DNA from: a virus
DNA: 64,000 nucleotides
IMG/VR virus record: IMGVR_UViG_3300032309_000634
Coordinates: 1-64,000 of that record
Direction: 5' to 3' (one strand)
Below are positions 56,318 through 64,000 of this stretch, piece by piece. Every line of letters starts with the position of its first letter. The first letter of the stretch is position 1. The notes under the pieces were generated by a model that was not told the origin of the DNA, ran no database searches, and saw only the letters and a list, made by a program, of their open reading frames with translations. A program made the translations under genes and the position numbers.

Positions 56318-56740
56318 TTATGACTCTTGATCTGTAACTTCGCCAATCATAACCATTTCTCCTTGGCATACCGTCCAAACTCTGGTAGCATCTGATAGTT
56401 GAACATCAAATACATCTGCAGTTAATAATTGTTTAGATTGTGCTGGTGTCAAAGATAATGTAAATTCTCCAGGCCCGTCAAGATCTGATGGAGTTGGTGT
56501 TAGTGTAAATAAAAGATCGTCTCCAACATTATCAGAGTATCTTCTAAACTGAGATCTAATTGTCCATAAGTCAACATCAATAGGATCGCCTAAATCATCT
56601 TGTACATAAATTCTAAATGCTGCACTATCTCCAGTTACGATAGTCCAATTAATCAATGGTGGTCTATTTCCTAGGTTATAAGTTGTTGGGGCTTTAACTG
56701 ATGTTAATGCACTCTCATCTTTATTTCTATAGCTTACCAT
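56318..56740 (-). CDS. BppU-N-like adaptor domain protein
   Basis: GDS..F..D..G.F.L.LT..FDVQL; paralogue of 60113 and 61318; start MVSY coupled by TAATG. Confidence 0.55.
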   Translation of the reverse strand: MVSYRNKDESALTSVKAPTTYNLGNRPPLINWTIVTGDSAAFRIYVQDDLGDPIDVDLWTIRSQFRRYSDNVGDDLLFTLTPTPSDLDGPGEFTLSLTPAQSKQLLTADVFDVQLSDATRVWTVCQGEMVMIGEVTDQES

Positions 56741-57252
56741 TATGCTAACCCTGCTTTCAATGCTGCCCAAGATCCATTACCTGTTGGTTTACCAACAATT
56801 ATAACACCAGTAGTTGCGTGTGATTTTGCTACAACTCCTACTGCTGTTCCTCCAGTTGCTGGTTGGGTTGCTGTTAATCCCCCAGAAGTTCCAGTGTAAA
56901 GAATATTTCCAGCGGTATAAGAAGAAGTATTAACATTACTAAAAATACCAGAAATAACAACTACACCGTCAGTTGCTGTAGCAAAAGCATCTTTAGCCAA
57001 ACCTAACATAGGATAGTTCATAGTGTTAGTTAATTTAGTTACTTGTGGCTTAGTTCCAGATCCACTTATATATACTGGATCTCCTTTTGCTATTGATACC
57101 CCTGAACTATTTGTAACTTCAATTGTTATGTTTGATTCTGCTGCAAAAAGGACAGACTCCATACGCTCAGCCAACGATTGAATATCTCCCACAATATCAA
57201 CTGGGTCGCTTGCAAGGGGATAAGGAAAATCATAAATTAAAGTCTCAGCCAT
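56740..57252 (-). CDS. Virion protein with capsid-cement/decoration-like domain
   Basis: IAKGDPVYI..GLA..GVVV.SG pattern. Confidence 0.5.
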   Translation of the reverse strand: MAETLIYDFPYPLASDPVDIVGDIQSLAERMESVLFAAESNITIEVTNSSGVSIAKGDPVYISGSGTKPQVTKLTNTMNYPMLGLAKDAFATATDGVVVISGIFSNVNTSSYTAGNILYTGTSGGLTATQPATGGTAVGVVAKSHATTGVIIVGKPTGNGSWAALKAGLA

Positions 57253-57282
57253 AATCTTATTATTATACCACTTCCTAAGAAA

Positions 57283-57372
57283 GTTATTTAAAAGTTATCA
57301 AAATGTTACCTAAAGTTTGCTTTTGAGGTCATTTTTATGTTATACTTAATACATGCTACCAACAGGTAGCAT
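57283..57372 (+). promoter_or_regulatory. Lytic transglycosylase promoter: three GTTAY boxes at 11-bp period, -35 TTGCTT, extended -10 TGTTATACT, 5'UTR hairpin
   Basis: GTTAT 57283, GTTAT 57294, GTTAC 57305; TTGCTT 57317; TATACT 57341; ATGCTACC-AACA-GGTAGCAT 57353-57372. Confidence 0.65.
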
Positions 57373-57395
57373 TTGTTCTCTAGGAGGTTATTATT

Positions 57396-57941
57396 ATGAG
57401 AAGAGACAAGCAAGCTTGGATTGGAATCCTAGCATTAGTTGGTGTTATTGCACCTTTTAGTAACTCTGCTAATGCGTCAAGTACCGAAAACAATTTACTA
57501 ATAAATAAATTTGTAGAAGCTCCTGCCTCCGACAAGGAGGCATTTGTTGTTTCTAAGAAAAAAATGTTAGCTAAATTTGAAAACAGAACACACTTAACAG
57601 ATAAAGAACTAAAGCACCTTTTATCCCTTGTAGGATTTAAGGGTAATGATTTAGTAGTGGCTTGGGCTATTGCTAAAAAAGAATCTAATGGTCGTCCATT
57701 GGCATACAATGGTAACCATAAGACTGGAGACTCCTCTTATGGGATGTTTCAAATTAACATGATCGATAATCTAGGTCCTGATCGTAGAGATAAGTTTGAT
57801 CTAGATACAAACGCTGAGTTATTCAATCCCGTAAAAAATGCGGAGATTGCATACTATATGTCCAACGGGGGAAATGACTGGTCTTCTTGGAAAGGTATTA
57901 CGCCAAAGACTAGGGCTTGGATGCAAAAATTCCCTAAATAA
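57396..57941 (+). CDS. Secreted lysozyme-like lytic transglycosylase
   Basis: Signal peptide ending ANA-S; AIAKKES catalytic Glu, GMFQIN, W.SW. Confidence 0.85.
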   Translation: MRRDKQAWIGILALVGVIAPFSNSANASSTENNLLINKFVEAPASDKEAFVVSKKKMLAKFENRTHLTDKELKHLLSLVGFKGNDLVVAWAIAKKESNGRPLAYNGNHKTGDSSYGMFQINMIDNLGPDRRDKFDLDTNAELFNPVKNAEIAYYMSNGGNDWSSWKGITPKTRAWMQKFPK

Positions 57942-57953
57942 ACTTTAGGTAAT

Positions 57954-57990
57954 AAAGAACCTCTACTATAAAAAGTAGGGGTTTTTTATT
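57954..57990. terminator. Probable bidirectional terminator
   Basis: AACCTCTACT/AGTAGGGGTT stem with A and T flanks between convergent genes. Confidence 0.75.
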
Positions 57991-58014
57991 TTATGCAACT
58001 TAAATAATTAATTG

Positions 58015-58698
58015 TTAAGGAGCAGCAGGAGTTGTAAAGGTTATTGAAGCAGATGCGCTAAGTCCAGTCTGGCTTGAGCCACCATAAACAGTTACCGTAA
58101 CGGTATATTGTGTTAACTGAGTTCCACCAGTCATTGTTCTTGATGTAGCTGTATTTCCACCTGATCCATTAAGATTTGAGCTAGGTGAAGTTGCAATCAT
58201 GTATGAAGCCTGATTAGTAGAACTCCAACTTAAGAATCCTCCATTATATGCTGGAACAATTGAAAGATTAGTAATTGTTGGCTGTGGTGGTGATGGGAAG
58301 AACGGGAAGAAAGGTGGGAAGAACGGTGGGAAGAACGGTGGGAAGAACGGGAAGAACGGTGGGAAGAACGGTGGGAAGAACGGTGGCGCTACTGGAGTAA
58401 ATGAATTACTAGCAGCAGAACTTAGAGAATCTTGAACGGTATTATTTAGTTTAACAACTGCGGTATAAGAAGTACCATTAGCTAAACCAGAAATAGTAAT
58501 TGGAGATGTAGGACTAGTTCCAGTAATTGAACTTGGAGTTGTAGTTGCTATATAAGTTAAAGATGTGTTAGGTTTTCCAGTATTAGATGGAGCAGTAAAG
58601 GCTACAGATACACTAGCATTACCAGCAGTTGCAGCTCCAATAGTTGGAGTTCCTGGCTGGCGATTATCTGAAGAACTCGTTACTCCTGGAATTGGCAT
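58015..58698 (-). CDS. Fn3 - Pro/Phe repeat - Fn3-like protein (protein C)
   Basis: Start MPIPG coupled by TAATG; GLANGTSYT Fn3 motif; 31-aa (P)PFF tract. Confidence 0.78.
   Translation of the reverse strand: MPIPGVTSSSDNRQPGTPTIGAATAGNASVSVAFTAPSNTGKPNTSLTYIATTTPSSITGTSPTSPITISGLANGTSYTAVVKLNNTVQDSLSSAASNSFTPVAPPFFPPFFPPFFPFFPPFFPPFFPPFFPFFPSPPQPTITNLSIVPAYNGGFLSWSSTNQASYMIATSPSSNLNGSGGNTATSRTMTGGTQLTQYTVTVTVYGGSSQTGLSASASITFTTPAAP
58294..58386 (-). repeat. Coding (P)PFF repeat of protein C
   Basis: (PPFF)3-PFF twice; GGTGGGAAGAAC units on the plus strand. Confidence 0.95.
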
Positions 58699-59471
58699 TA
58701 TGCAATCAAGTCTCCTGCAAGTACCCAAGTATCTGTATTTAGCTTTATTAATGTTGCCATTGATCCAGCTGCACGTATTTTTGCTCCTGGGGTTGCATAT
58801 GAAGTAATTCCAGCAGTGAAAGCAACTGTAACTCCTGTTGTAAGTGCAATTAAATGTATCTGAGTTCCAATAGGATATGCAACTGTTGCATTAAGTGGAA
58901 CGGTAAATGCATAAGCACCATTCATTTGAACTAGCGTATTAGCATCAGATAAAACAAATGTATACCCTGCAGTCTTTGCTGTTGTGTTTACATTGAATGG
59001 TTGAAAATTTAAAAGGCTTGTTCCATTACCAACTTGAATTTGTTTATTTGTAGTATCCCAGGCAATTCTTGCATCTGTTGTAGAAGATGACGTAGTTATA
59101 GCAGTTGCTGCAGCTGGAGCATCCCAAGATAGTCCAGAAGCGGTTGCGCTGTTTGCAGTTAAGATTGTTCCGTTAGCTCCAACAGTTACAACAGATAAAG
59201 TGTCGTTTGCTGATGCTGAAAGCAAATCACCTTTTGCGTTAAAACTTGATGCTTGAAGTCCTCCTGCTGTATCAATAGCATCAATCTGATCTTGTAAATC
59301 ATTGATTGTATACGCAATAGATGGATTAATTAAATTGGCTTTATTTGCATTTGATACGTTATATTCATCAGATCCATAGTGATATGTTCTAAGTGCAGCC
59401 TGAATGTCAGCTGGGCTTGCAAGACCTGGAACTGCTGTTTGTACTAAACTACCTATGCTTTCGTATGCCAT
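58698..59471 (-). CDS. Short fibre protein with C-terminal W..GDL domain
   Basis: AKGDLL..VG.NG.ILTANS segment shared with 53759; ends TDTWVLAGDLIA. Confidence 0.7.
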   Translation of the reverse strand: MAYESIGSLVQTAVPGLASPADIQAALRTYHYGSDEYNVSNANKANLINPSIAYTINDLQDQIDAIDTAGGLQASSFNAKGDLLSASANDTLSVVTVGANGTILTANSATASGLSWDAPAAATAITTSSSTTDARIAWDTTNKQIQVGNGTSLLNFQPFNVNTTAKTAGYTFVLSDANTLVQMNGAYAFTVPLNATVAYPIGTQIHLIALTTGVTVAFTAGITSYATPGAKIRAAGSMATLIKLNTDTWVLAGDLIA

Positions 59472-59507
59472 GAATCACCTCTCTAAGAATTATATCACAA
59501 AGTGTGA

Positions 59508-60113
59508 TTAAGACTCATCTATTCCTGCAACTATTGATATAAATAGATGGGTCGTTACAATTCCATCTAAAGGAACCCATTCTGCTGGTCCTGAATCGTC
59601 ATCATACTCTACTGCTTTAAAATTGATTACAAGGTTTGTTCCAGATCCAACAAGTGCTGGTATGGACATAGATGAGCCTAATGGGTTTGAGTGTGCAATA
59701 CTGTATTGAATATTAAAGTTTTCTGCTGTCAATGGAGTACCAGCTGTAGTTACAATATTAGATATTGGAATACTGATCTGTGCTGCACCAGCAGTATAAT
59801 TTGTTAAATGTGTTTCAGAATATAAGACGGGATTCATATCAAGAACCTGAATCCACTCATTGCCACCAGGTTTTGCTACATATTGATAAAGATATCCATA
59901 GTCTGCTCCTGGAGCAATGTTGATATACATATCATTTAAAATTAAAGTGTTTCCAAATAAAATACCATCATTTGTTGCTAAGTCAGGATCTCCTACGCCT
60001 ACAATAAATCTATTGCCACGAGTTCCAGCTGGACCAATATCAACCAATACCTCAACAATATTGGGTGGTCCTACAACCGCTATACTATCAGTTGACACTA
60101 ATACTTCAGGCAT
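59508..60113 (-). CDS. Virion-associated hypothetical protein
   Basis: GPAGTRG then DMYIN..LYQY..W fibre-linker pattern. Confidence 0.55.
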   Translation of the reverse strand: MPEVLVSTDSIAVVGPPNIVEVLVDIGPAGTRGNRFIVGVGDPDLATNDGILFGNTLILNDMYINIAPGADYGYLYQYVAKPGGNEWIQVLDMNPVLYSETHLTNYTAGAAQISIPISNIVTTAGTPLTAENFNIQYSIAHSNPLGSSMSIPALVGSGTNLVINFKAVEYDDDSGPAEWVPLDGIVTTHLFISIVAGIDES

Positions 60114-60469
60114 TAACCAGCACCTGTAATATCATTTGTTGATGTAATTGTTCCTGTTAAAAGTGTAAATATAACATCTGGGTTTGGGGTTACGTCAGTT
60201 ATTTGAACATCATATACATATGTACCAGCTGCTAAATCTCTTCCTATTGATGGAGTAATTGTACAAGTTATAATATTTGTTACATCATTTACCACTGCAT
60301 TTGCGGTACGAGTAAGAGTAGGGCTAGGGCCTCTCGTATTTGCTATAGTAAAAATTGCACTATAACCAGTTAAATCAAATGCTTCCCCATTGGAGTTTTT
60401 TGGTTGAATAACAAATTCTGCTGTATCGCCACGATAGTAATTAAAATTATAAGTTCCTGGAAATGCCAT
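60113..60469 (-). CDS. BppU-N-like adaptor domain protein
   Basis: YRGDT..FDLTGY..GTYVYDVQI. Confidence 0.6.
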   Translation of the reverse strand: MAFPGTYNFNYYRGDTAEFVIQPKNSNGEAFDLTGYSAIFTIANTRGPSPTLTRTANAVVNDVTNIITCTITPSIGRDLAAGTYVYDVQITDVTPNPDVIFTLLTGTITSTNDITGAG

Positions 60470-60493
60470 GATTCCTCCTAATACATTATACCA

Positions 60494-61231
60494 TTAAGAC
60501 ACTGATATATACATGCCCTTTAAAATAATTGTACTTTCGCTATCTGTTCTTGCCTGAATTATTCCACCCTCAGATTTAATCTTTGATATGTCTATGTACA
60601 GGGTTTGATTGAATGACATTTCGTATGGATATTTATATTTTAACATTCCTATATATCCTGTTGGTGATTCAACTCTTGGAATATATGTTCTTAGCCAAGC
60701 TTCTGTGCTATTTGAGTCCGTGCTTAAAATAATGTCATATCTAATGTCGACTTTTGCCCCTACTTTTAGTTGTTTAAAATTAATTCTTCCAGTGTTCTGA
60801 TTCCACAATGAAACTCCTCCTATTGGAAGAAATGACAATATATTATTCTCTGGATCTTCGTCTATTGATAAGGTTACCCAACCATCATCTCCTCTATTTG
60901 GACCAAGATGTATTTGTCTTTTATTTTTATTTTCATAATAAGCCCACCCAGGATATTGACCAGATTGGCTTTCATATGATTGACCGTCACTTTTCCCAGG
61001 TTCTCCTTTAGGCCCTTGTGGTCCTGCTGGGCCAGACTTTCCGTCTTTGCCTGGTAATCCACGCTCTCCTCTTGGCCCTTCTGGGCCTTGTGGTCCTTGT
61101 GGCCCTACATCACCCTTTTCTCCAGTCATTCCTGGTACGGCAATGTATTCTGTATTTCCTTGTAATGATTGTTGAGTTAACTGAACTGTCTCAGCATATT
61201 TCTTTTTTGGAAAGTCCATGCTTTTTGACAT
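60494..61231 (-). CDS. Collagen-like protein
   Basis: 16 consecutive Gly-X-Y triplets followed by a beta-rich domain. Confidence 0.8.
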   Translation of the reverse strand: MSKSMDFPKKKYAETVQLTQQSLQGNTEYIAVPGMTGEKGDVGPQGPQGPEGPRGERGLPGKDGKSGPAGPQGPKGEPGKSDGQSYESQSGQYPGWAYYENKNKRQIHLGPNRGDDGWVTLSIDEDPENNILSFLPIGGVSLWNQNTGRINFKQLKVGAKVDIRYDIILSTDSNSTEAWLRTYIPRVESPTGYIGMLKYKYPYEMSFNQTLYIDISKIKSEGGIIQARTDSESTIILKGMYISVS

Positions 61232-61234
61232 AAA

Positions 61235-61318
61235 TTATTTTACCTTAAATGTTTTTTTACCAATTTTAATAACAGGTGGCAAATTAGTTTGTGGAGTAGA
61301 TACTTTTACAACAGGCAT
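61235..61318 (-). CDS. Unannotated 27-aa ORF MPVVKVSTPQTNLPPVIKIGKKTFKVK
   Basis: TAATG-coupled to the upstream stop; fills the gap to 3 nt before the next ATG. Confidence 0.6.
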   Translation of the reverse strand: MPVVKVSTPQTNLPPVIKIGKKTFKVK

Positions 61319-61719
61319 TAAAGGCTCGTTCCGCTAACATCACCAAGGACGCAAATAGTTCCAATAACTGGAGTCCAAGTTGTATCTTCACCCTCTCCAG
61401 AGCCAGCTGGAATTACAACTTGCAAATCAAAAGAAAGTTCTGCTACTACAGACCTGTAGGCTGTGCCCCAATTTGCGGTAGTCCCAGAGGATGCTTGAAT
61501 TTCACCATAACCTAGTCCAGAAACAACAGGAAGATCATCTAATACTTGACCACTTGGATCATAGGCTGTAGCAATATAGGTCCAGTCTGTAGTATCGTAT
61601 TTTGTTACTTCATCGTCCTCAAAAAATTCAATTTTAAGGTTTGCGCTGTCTCCACGAACTACTGTCCATTTAATATTTGCTGGAGTAGCTCCATACTTAT
61701 CAATTGTAGGGGTGCACAT
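61318..61719 (-). CDS. BppU-N-like adaptor domain protein
   Basis: IKWTVVRGDSA..FDLQV..W..GDV; TGGTATAAT upstream. Confidence 0.55.
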   Translation of the reverse strand: MCTPTIDKYGATPANIKWTVVRGDSANLKIEFFEDDEVTKYDTTDWTYIATAYDPSGQVLDDLPVVSGLGYGEIQASSGTTANWGTAYRSVVAELSFDLQVVIPAGSGEGEDTTWTPVIGTICVLGDVSGTSL

Positions 61720-61741
61720 AATAATTGATTATACCATAAAA

Positions 61742-61788
61742 CTAACACCTAAGCTCAGTGGGTGGGGTGGGTAGAACCTAGGTGTTAG
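61742..61788. other. Inverted repeat with G-rich spacer in a divergent intergenic region
   Basis: CTAACACCTA..TAGGTGTTAG enclosing GGGTGGGGTGGG. Confidence 0.6.
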
Positions 61789-62024
61789 CACTCTAAATTA
61801 TATCTTATTTTATTAAAAATCCAGGAATATAGAGAGTTTAATAACAAAAAGTTATAATAAAGGTGTGTTAATAAATTGTTATAAAAAGTTATAATTCAAA
61901 ACGGGGTATCAACACAAAACCCAGTAATGTCTATGCTATACTTAAAATATATAAAGAAAAGAATATACTATAGTTAAGGTTTTTAAGTATATTAACTATA
62001 TTATATATAGGATATAATAATTAA

Positions 62025-62639
62025 ATGATACATAAAACAGTATACCAAACACATAACTATAAATTTGAGGATCTTCCTGCTACATTAAAGAAAGCCTCTG
62101 AAACATGGATAAAATTAAATCCAAGTTGGAATTATGTTTTTATGGATCACTACCAAAGAGAAGATTTTGTTAAGCAAGAGGATTTAGAGCTATATGAAAT
62201 TTATAAAGAAGTAAAACCACAAATACAGGCAGACATTTGGCGCTATATAATAACCTATAAAAATGGAGGAGTCTATGCTGATATAGATTCTGTGTGTAGT
62301 ATGCCGTTAGATCAAATACTTATGGGTTATAATGACCAAGATATGGTAGTTTTTAAAGATACTAAACATGTACCACCATATTTTTATAACTCTAACTATT
62401 ATGCAAAAAAAGAAAATAAATTATTAAAAGATGTAATGAATACTTTTAAAAATAGTGAGTATAAGTATGAGTACTGGACATCTATGACAACTTGGAATAA
62501 AGTTATAAATAATAATTTAGACAAGGTTTTAATTGATTTTTCTTGCTTTATACACTCAAAAGATTTTTATGAAAAATTTGAAGATTTTTATATTAATTAC
62601 TATGGTGAAAAAATGCCATATAGTAAATTTAATTTGTAG
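62025..62639 (+). CDS. GT32 (Och1-like, DXD) glycosyltransferase
   Basis: IHK.VYQT..W.KLNP.W.Y..ADIWRY..GGVYADID; leaderless TATAAT-6 nt-ATG. Confidence 0.88.
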   Translation: MIHKTVYQTHNYKFEDLPATLKKASETWIKLNPSWNYVFMDHYQREDFVKQEDLELYEIYKEVKPQIQADIWRYIITYKNGGVYADIDSVCSMPLDQILMGYNDQDMVVFKDTKHVPPYFYNSNYYAKKENKLLKDVMNTFKNSEYKYEYWTSMTTWNKVINNNLDKVLIDFSCFIHSKDFYEKFEDFYINYYGEKMPYSKFNL

Positions 62640-62641
62640 GA

Positions 62642-62914
62642 CTATTTAGCTTTAGCTATATAATCTAAAAGAATATCATACATGTGGTCTAGCTTTTCCT
62701 TCATAACCTTATGATCTTCTTTCATCTGCTTACGACTAATATCTGCTTCGTACATACGAATTTCTAAGCGATTAATTTGATCTTTTACGCTTGAGCCACC
62801 ATTGGTTTTAAGTTCGCTCAGATAATGTTTTACAAGCCATTTAATTCCAAAGGCTATAGATGAGACAATTGTAAGAATTGCTACAATTAACGAAGCCCAG
62901 TCTTGTACAGTCAT
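62642..62914 (-). CDS. Holin-like membrane protein
   Basis: One N-terminal TM helix, NGGSS.KD motif, coiled coil. Confidence 0.5.
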   Translation of the reverse strand: MTVQDWASLIVAILTIVSSIAFGIKWLVKHYLSELKTNGGSSVKDQINRLEIRMYEADISRKQMKEDHKVMKEKLDHMYDILLDYIAKAK

Positions 62915-63072
62915 AAGAGTTATTATATCATTATATAAGATTTTAATTTCGACGGGATATACAATTCGCCGAAAATAGAGATAACAAACCCTCCCCTAGA
63001 CAACATATGGATCAAAGATCCAAACATGTCTTAAATCGGCTCCTAACCTCTGCTATAGGCTATAATAAGTAT

Positions 63073-63267
63073 ATGGATGATGTAACACCTTTTGACTTAA
63101 TTAATGGTTCGCCCAGAGTTGAAAAAGATATAAAAGATATTCGCCTGGATATTTGTAAAAGCTGTGATTGGTTTAGGCCTAAAACCCAGACATGTAAGAA
63201 GTGTGGATGTTTTATGGCTGCTAAGTCTATGTTGTTAAATGCTAAATGTCCAATTGATAAATGGTAA
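63073..63267 (+). CDS. Small Cys-rich protein, copy 3
   Basis: CKSC..CKKCGCFM..CPIDKW; start moved to the ATG 6 nt after GGCTATAAT, matching paralogue length. Confidence 0.8.
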   Translation: MDDVTPFDLINGSPRVEKDIKDIRLDICKSCDWFRPKTQTCKKCGCFMAAKSMLLNAKCPIDKW

Positions 63268-63334
63268 GAGGCCAGGAAGAATTTGTATTCCCCGAAAATT
63301 TTAATTATAACAAACCGTTATATATATAAAAACC

Positions 63335-63469
63335 TTATTTGTTATGGTCTGATTCGGATTTACAGCTACATCCATTACAACAAAAATCTGAAAATATTTT
63401 CATAGCCAGAGATTCGTATTGTGGTTCTGGTTTATCCCAGGAATATTCAAGGTTTTCTAAGATTGCCAT
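63335..63469 (-). CDS. 44-aa micro-ORF with CCNGCSC motif
   Basis: MAILENLEYSWDKPEPQYESLAMKIFSDFCCNGCSCKSESDHNK; 4 nt after the upstream stop. Confidence 0.6.
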   Translation of the reverse strand: MAILENLEYSWDKPEPQYESLAMKIFSDFCCNGCSCKSESDHNK

Positions 63470-63473
63470 TTAA

Positions 63474-63569
63474 TTACTTCTTAGCAAGGTTTTCTGCGTC
63501 TATTAAATCATTAGCTGCATCAAGTTCATCATTTGCAATGTCTAAAGGAGTGTAGTGGTCTTTGTTCAT
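63474..63569 (-). CDS. 31-aa acidic micro-ORF
   Basis: MNKDHYTPLDIANDELDAANDLIDAENLAKK; 4-nt gaps on both sides. Confidence 0.55.
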   Translation of the reverse strand: MNKDHYTPLDIANDELDAANDLIDAENLAKK

Positions 63570-63573
63570 ATAT

Positions 63574-63657
63574 TTACTCAGCAGGTTTTGATTGATGTGG
63601 GGTTGTGCATGTGCATGCTGCACAGCAGTTATCCCCAGTATACTCAATATCGGTCAT
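63574..63657 (-). CDS. 27-aa micro-ORF with CCAACTC motif
   Basis: MTDIEYTGDNCCAACTCTTPHQSKPAE; ATGA overlap and GAGGGG SD. Confidence 0.6.
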   Translation of the reverse strand: MTDIEYTGDNCCAACTCTTPHQSKPAE

Positions 63658-63752
63658 GATTCTGTCCCCTCGTTAATAGCAGCTTCTTCAGCAGCTATTC
63701 TTTCTTCTTCCGCAATCATTGCGTACTGTTCAGCAGTTGTATAAATAAACAT
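63654..63752 (-). CDS. 32-aa acidic micro-ORF
   Basis: MFIYTTAEQYAMIAEEERIAAEEAAINEGTES; leaderless TGCTACAAT-6 nt-ATG. Confidence 0.6.
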   Translation of the reverse strand: MFIYTTAEQYAMIAEEERIAAEEAAINEGTES

Positions 63753-63844
63753 ATGTACATTGTAGCACAATTCTGAATAAAATTTTAAAAAACCAAATTG
63801 GCTAAAATCTGAATATTTTGTATTTGTGTATGATACACATTTAA

Positions 63845-63889
63845 AAAAACGTAAACACTAAATAATAGTGAGCACGTTTTCTTTTTTTT
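63845..63889. terminator. Hairpin, possible terminator
   Basis: AAAACGT-CACTA/TAGTG-ACGTTTT interrupted stem with A and T tracts. Confidence 0.5.
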
Positions 63890-63890
63890 G

Positions 63891-64000
63891 TTAGATTTTC
63901 TTAGCCTTACCATGAATCCAACCGCTGTGAATTCCAGCAAGAGGTGCGTCAATATTCACGACATTTCCAATTGGTAAAACTTCTGCGTATTTATCAATAA
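63891..64000 (-). CDS. 3' end of a hypothetical gene entering from outside the window
   Basis: Open frame ..IDKYAEVLPIGNVVNIDAPLAGIHSGWIHGKAKKI-stop. Confidence 0.45.
   Translation of the reverse strand, partial: IDKYAEVLPIGNVVNIDAPLAGIHSGWIHGKAKKI

Noticed and set aside
48543-58386. Purine-rich repeats as a CRISPR array or non-coding satellite
   Set aside because: No unique spacers; units are 9 or 12 nt, in frame within genes.
62969-63816. Scattered CYGAA(A/T)AT-like motifs near the right end
   Set aside because: Short, irregularly spaced, one inside an ORF; not distinguishable from chance in AT-rich DNA.
1-64000. Stop-codon reassignment, tRNA genes, integrase or terminase
   Set aside because: Genes tile densely under the standard code. 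No tRNA, integrase or terminase was recognised by eye; a tRNA scan was not run.

Overview
A 64-kb segment of a large, AT-rich tailed dsDNA phage with siphovirus-type gene order, almost all on the minus strand. An actinobacterial host is inferred from leaderless extended -10 promoters, a secreted lytic transglycosylase and DnaE-type replication. From the low-coordinate end, the window holds: a replication module (DnaE running off the window, SSB, primase, DnaB); tail-tip genes; a 3772-aa tape measure protein (TMP); two paralogous tail-assembly chaperones; tail tube, neck, capsid, protease/scaffold and portal genes; a large virion protein; class II RNR (NrdJ); an island of seven 2OG-Fe(II) oxygenases, two DUF6065-like proteins and one SDR; Fn3 proteins with long pure Pro/Phe repeats and variable Cys-rich tails; a series of fibre genes; a lytic transglycosylase, GT32 glycosyltransferase and holin-like gene; and an operon of unannotated micro-ORFs. 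Best candidates for undescribed biology: (1) the TMP carries about 1070 aa of enzyme-like cargo (kinase-like, possible HNH-like and R-S-E ADP-ribosyltransferase cassettes) between copies of a repeated linker; (2) the (P)PFF-repeat proteins sit beside a prolyl-hydroxylase-like array, suggesting a phage-encoded protein modification and display system; (3) the fibre genes look like a plug-and-socket chain whose gene order mirrors assembly; (4) the usual G/GT chaperone frameshift appears to be replaced by gene duplication. All functional calls come from motifs read by eye; no searches were run.
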